This document shows, piece after piece, positions 59,387 through 64,000 of a stretch of 64,000 nucleotides of DNA. The notes under the pieces were generated by a model. It was not told the origin of the DNA. It made no database searches and saw nothing but the letters and a program-made list of their open reading frames with translations. Every line of letters starts with the position of its first letter. The first letter of the stretch is position 1. This DNA is from Rhizophagus irregularis (taxonomy: Eukaryota): positions 2,418,001-2,482,000 of the forward strand of contig NC_089429.1 in assembly GCF_026210795.1 (NCBI RefSeq). The letters are read 5' to 3'. A program made the translations under genes and the position numbers.

Positions 59387-62317
59387 TTTTGATTAATTTA
59401 CTTGAGAAAGAATTGAGAATTTAATATTTGTATATTTGTTTGATTTCTTTGATTAACTTTAACTTGATTAGTTGATTTTTTTTTTTGTTCTTTGAAATTT
59501 TTTTTCTGATGGAATTTTACAAGGTGAATCCAAGTGTATTTATAATAAATCAAACAAACAAATTTTTGGCTTTTAAAATATCTATTATCATCATAGAAAA
59601 TTGAAATTTTACATAATTTACATTGTTTTCTTATTATGTAATTTATTTTTCATTGTTATTTCCCTCCCTATGTATCGTATTGTATTGTTTTTGATATTCT
59701 CCCTTTATGTTTCAAAATTGTTCAGGTCATATCGGGTATATCCTTTTTTAGAAATCATTTAAAGATTGGTATAAATCTATTATCTGATATAGTAATAATA
59801 TTCATGCGTTACGTCGGCCATATTCCCAATAAGTAAATCGACCGCCGCACAAATTAATATTCTTGATTTTAAATTTAACTTTATGTGTACAAGTTCATGC
59901 ATAATTTGAAACTAAAAATATTCTTTGTTTACAGTCATTGTTCACTGTGTGATAACGATAATAATTTATTTATAATATATTTAAATTAAACCTTACAAAA
60001 TGAAATTCAAAAAATTCAAACAATTATCATCATATATTATAATAATATGTTCAATATATTCAATAAATCTTTTTGTTAATTGATGTGTTGACGCTATGTA
60101 GTTGAGCAGCTTAACATAATATTTATTTGTAAATTTGAGATAGCTTGCAAAAAAAATGGAAAAGTAATTTTCTATCGGATGAGTTATTCCAGTAGCAGCA
60201 ATGGTTTTCACGATCATCTTAATTAAAAAAAATGGGCAAATAATAGCTAAATAATAATATCAAGCCTGACAGTGATGATTGTTTGATTGATTTTGATTGT
60301 TGTTTAAACAATTTTTAAAAATGGGCTAATTTACTTTTTAATTATTTGAGAAGGATTTGATTTATTATTATTATTCGATTACTGATTATCATAAATTCTT
60401 AATGATGATTTTTATTATATCTATAGCTTATTTGTCTCTTTGTAAATATTCCCCTTAGTGTTTAGTGTTCATTTTTTACGTAAGGTAGTATAATATCACG
60501 TGATTGTCAATCATTTGTTTTTTAACACAAAAAAAAAGTGTGTTCTAGACCCAGATTGTGTCACTTACGTGAGCACAATCTGATCGGACTCTATCGAAAA
60601 CAGCATGTTATTGGAGCCAAAAATAAAAATTTCACAGAAAATTGTGTAGCAGGTAGTACTCAAATGACAATATATCAGGGATAAATCTTTACGAATGTAA
60701 AGTTATTTATAAATAAATAAATATTTAGTTTATTATATTTAGAACATTATTATTCTTGACAGTTTTTTATAGAATATTTTACAAATTGAAAAAATGTAGT
60801 ACTAGTTGCCTTTTCTAACTTGATAATAACCATATACAAATTTTCGCATAATCAGTAAGAACTCAATAAGAATACTACAGAAAGTTTGTATATCGCTACG
60901 ATTAAAATAATATACAATTCCTTACACTGTTAAACTGAAAATTTTGTATTAACAATTTTTTAAATATTAATTTACCATAAGTAAAATATTTTGAAATTTT
61001 TTGTTATAAAAAATATTAACCTATACATAGTATTTTTATGTATGTACTAATATTTATTCTACTGTACTTATTGCATGTAATATACAAATGTGATTAATCC
61101 ATGATTTTCGTATATATAGATGTTATAACCAAATAAAACCTATCAATTTATTCCAAGTCAATTTTTGGTTTAATTTTTTTAATTTTTTTTTCTTTTTTAA
61201 TCAACTAATTAGTAAAATTAGTATTCACTTTTACGAGATGGACACTTTTAGTTTCAAGAAATCTTACAAATGAATTCCCCATCGTTTTAAATACCAACAG
61301 CTTCTTATTAATTACACGGAGATAGATTACTTTGATAATTCACTACAATCCTAAACCTAATGAAAATCCGATGTGGGGCTATATCGGTCCTGTGACTGAT
61401 ATAGCTACTCCTCCATCCAATAACTATTTAATAATAAAATAAATAAAAAACGCATTTCCATAAATATGACTGTACCAATAGTACTAAAAAGATGACAAAA
61501 ATTCTGGTGTGCTGCAGTAAGTTGTGTTTTTTTTATTTAAAAATAGAAAATTCTTTTAAGCTCGATCGATGGATTTTGATAAAATTGGTATTTTTTTTTA
61601 ATATTATTATTAATTATTATTTATAACCAATAGTTTTTATATATTTTTTATTTAAAAAATTAAAAAAATATTTCAGTTATTATTGGCCCCCGTTAATTTA
61701 TCTAACCCCTGGGTATAACTCCCCAACAAAAAAGCTCGGACACGTGATATAAATTGTGGCGTCTAAATTTTGATTGGTTGATCTTGTGTAACATTTAACT
61801 TTTGAAAAAAAAGTAAAAACATTCGCGAAAAAATTCAAAGACTTTTAATATTTAAGTAACTTTATAGTAAAAAGAGTAAAAAGTCAATAGAAAATAAATT
61901 TTTTAAGTTTTAAATAGTTTTATTATATTTTTTATTGAATAATACTGTAAACAATACAGAAAAATTTTTACTTTATGTATTTATGAGATAAAAAAATTTT
62001 TTTTTCTTTGTTTTTAAAATTCTCTGTATAACTGATAAAGTAACATATACCTAACTAAAAATATACAAGTTTGTGATATTTATACAAAAAAACGTCAAAA
62101 TATATAAAATTAATATATATAAATTACTTTAATACTTGCTAAAACAAACTTTAAAAATTCAAAGAAATGTATAATATTAATATTTTATTGTTTATAATAT
62201 ATTTGATAAAAGTAAAAAAAGAAAAGACAGTATTTATATAATATAGGTTTCTAAGGTTTCCCATAAAAATAAAATGTATAAAGAAATAGGTGCGAGAAAA
62301 AAAATATGAATCACGTG

Positions 62318-62799
62318 TAGGGATTGGAATCGATTATCATTATTAGAATCGATTTTAGAATCGATTAATCGTCGATTAATCGTTAATCGAAATTATACTA
62401 CTTCCGGTCACGTGACTATTAAAATTTATTAAGATCGGCATAAAAATTTCCTTTTTGGGAATTTTGTACAACATAACTTGAATTTCATTGGACAACAAAA
62501 TTTCCTTTTTTTGGAATTTTGTTAATGTCACGTGACAACGACCTAACTTCTTATTAACGGACTACCCCAAAATGTCACGAAACGGCCGGCATTAAGAAAT
62601 TAAGAAATTAACTATGTGACAAATAATGTGTGACAAATAGGTTTTTGTCAACCGAAATAAAACTAATACTTGTAGGAAATCTTATTAACGCTACTGCGCC
62701 ACTATAAGTAAATTCGATTTTTATTCGATAATCGATTTAAAATCGATTCTTATCGATTTTCGATAAATTCGATTATTGTAAAATCGATTCCAATCCCTA
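62318..62799. mobile_element. hAT-type MITE, 482 bp, perfect 18-bp TIR, 8-bp TSD ATCACGTG
   Basis: TAGGGATTGGAATCGATT / AATCGATTCCAATCCCTA. ATCACGTG occurs at 62310-62317 and 62800-62807, with AATCGATT subterminal repeats. Confidence 0.92.
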
Positions 62800-63590
62800 A
62801 TCACGTGCCCGAGATTTTTTGTTGGTTACTTAGCCTAGGTGGCCAACTCAAGGTTACACACACCATGGTCATGAGACTTAGAACTGCTAATTTTATAAGT
62901 AACTATATAAAAATGCAAAAATACCCCATGTTTAAAGTGAGAGATGGGCCGATAATCAATATGATTAAAAAAAAATTATCCCCAAAAACAACAAAATCCA
63001 AAACTATACAAATCTATAATTTTTGTTGAAGTTCCGCGTTTATATCTTTCAAAAAATAGGATCAGCTATTTAGAATACCTCGAAATTATATAAAAGTTTA
63101 TTAAATACTTTAAAATAATACACAACAAAAGAAGAAACCGCTATTTTTAAATATTTTAAGTAAAAAAAATTTATCTTTTTATTGAGATCTCAAAAGTCTG
63201 TAATTTCTAACTTTCTATCGTCAAGTAATAAAAATATATAAAAATAAGAAAGAAATTAACCAGTGGCTCAATTTTGATGAAAAAAACTTTGCTTATATAG
63301 AGCTAATACGAACAAACTTAACTTCTGGGATCAGCTACTTTCCTATGTGTGCATGTCAAAAAAATAATATAATTATAAAGTGATGAAGAAAGTTTGCCTA
63401 ATAAGAATCTAATCTCTGATTATTTTTGATCGGCACTCACATGTGACATTGTGACGTTGCTTATTTTCTATTGAAAATTTTTTTTCATAATTGTATTTGA
63501 TTCTTGAAAGTTGAAAACACTTGAACATCGCTGACTTACAGCTCGTACAACCATTTATGAAAAAAAATATATACATGATATATAATCAAA

Positions 63591-64000
63591 ATGTCAAGCT
63601 ACTCTTCGCTATTTCGAGTACTTTTGCCATCCCGATTACAAACTAATTTCGAGGAAAATTCCCTACCCGCTAGGTTTAATGTTGTACCCAAATTGTTTTA
63701 TTTGTGTTATTACTTTTTTTGAACTTTGTTTCTAACTCTCGACTTTCGCGTTTGCAGATATATCATGATCGGCTGTTTTATTTTAGGTAGCGGTACTTCT
63801 TTTATCTTTGAGATCGGCACTTTCAGAGACTTTACAGAATTAAGTAAAGCCTTCTGGGAAAAGAACAAGGACTACTTTATCAATACTTGGAGTAATGAAT
63901 GAATTAAATCTCAAATTATGGAATGTTGAGATTCCTACCAGAAATAATAAAAAGTATTTGGAACTTAAGAATAATCTGCGTGTAGATATTGACGTTGAAC
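63591..64000 (+). pseudogene. Crinkler (CRN)-like N-terminal domain gene, frameshifted, runs off the window
   Basis: Exon 63591-63673 splices in frame to 63758 (YIMIGCFILG..SFIFEI..ELSKAFWEK). A 4-nt ATGA duplication near 63895 shifts the frame before LKLWNVEIP. Confidence 0.55.

Noticed and set aside
59993..60217. 74-aa ORF near the CaaX peptide
   Set aside because: No recognisable motif; its 3' half looks like AT-rich non-coding sequence.
61238..61442. Possible second pheromone-like gene (MDTF... start; ...PPSNNYLIIK end)
   Set aside because: The pieces lie in different frames with stops, and there is no terminal Cys/CaaX.

Overview
Very AT-rich, intron-containing eukaryotic DNA. The gene families (tyrosine-kinase-like kinases with a 'WTSGN..ID..I' N-terminus, F-box/LRR paralogues, a Crinkler-like 'LKLWNV' gene) point to an arbuscular mycorrhizal fungus of the Rhizophagus type; this is an inference. 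The window holds three intact F-box/LRR genes plus one pseudogene and two fragments, three TKL kinase genes (one frameshifted), and a secreted repeat-rich surface protein. It also holds a full-length Ty3/Gypsy LTR retrotransposon (20715-30188) with apparently identical 622-bp LTRs and a 4-bp TSD, several solo LTRs, MITEs, a Helentron-type element and pogo/Mutator remnants. Three observations stand out. (1) An array of 18 three-nucleotide micro-exons plus a 1-nt exon splices into a stop-free, in-frame N-terminus of a kinase. (2) The Gypsy element carries a thymidylate/deoxynucleotide-kinase domain fused to an integrase that lacks its catalytic core, plus a UGA-CUA gag/protease readthrough signal. 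(3) A 33-codon CaaX-terminated ORF resembles a lipopeptide (a-factor-type) pheromone precursor. All alignments were done by eye; no searches were run.
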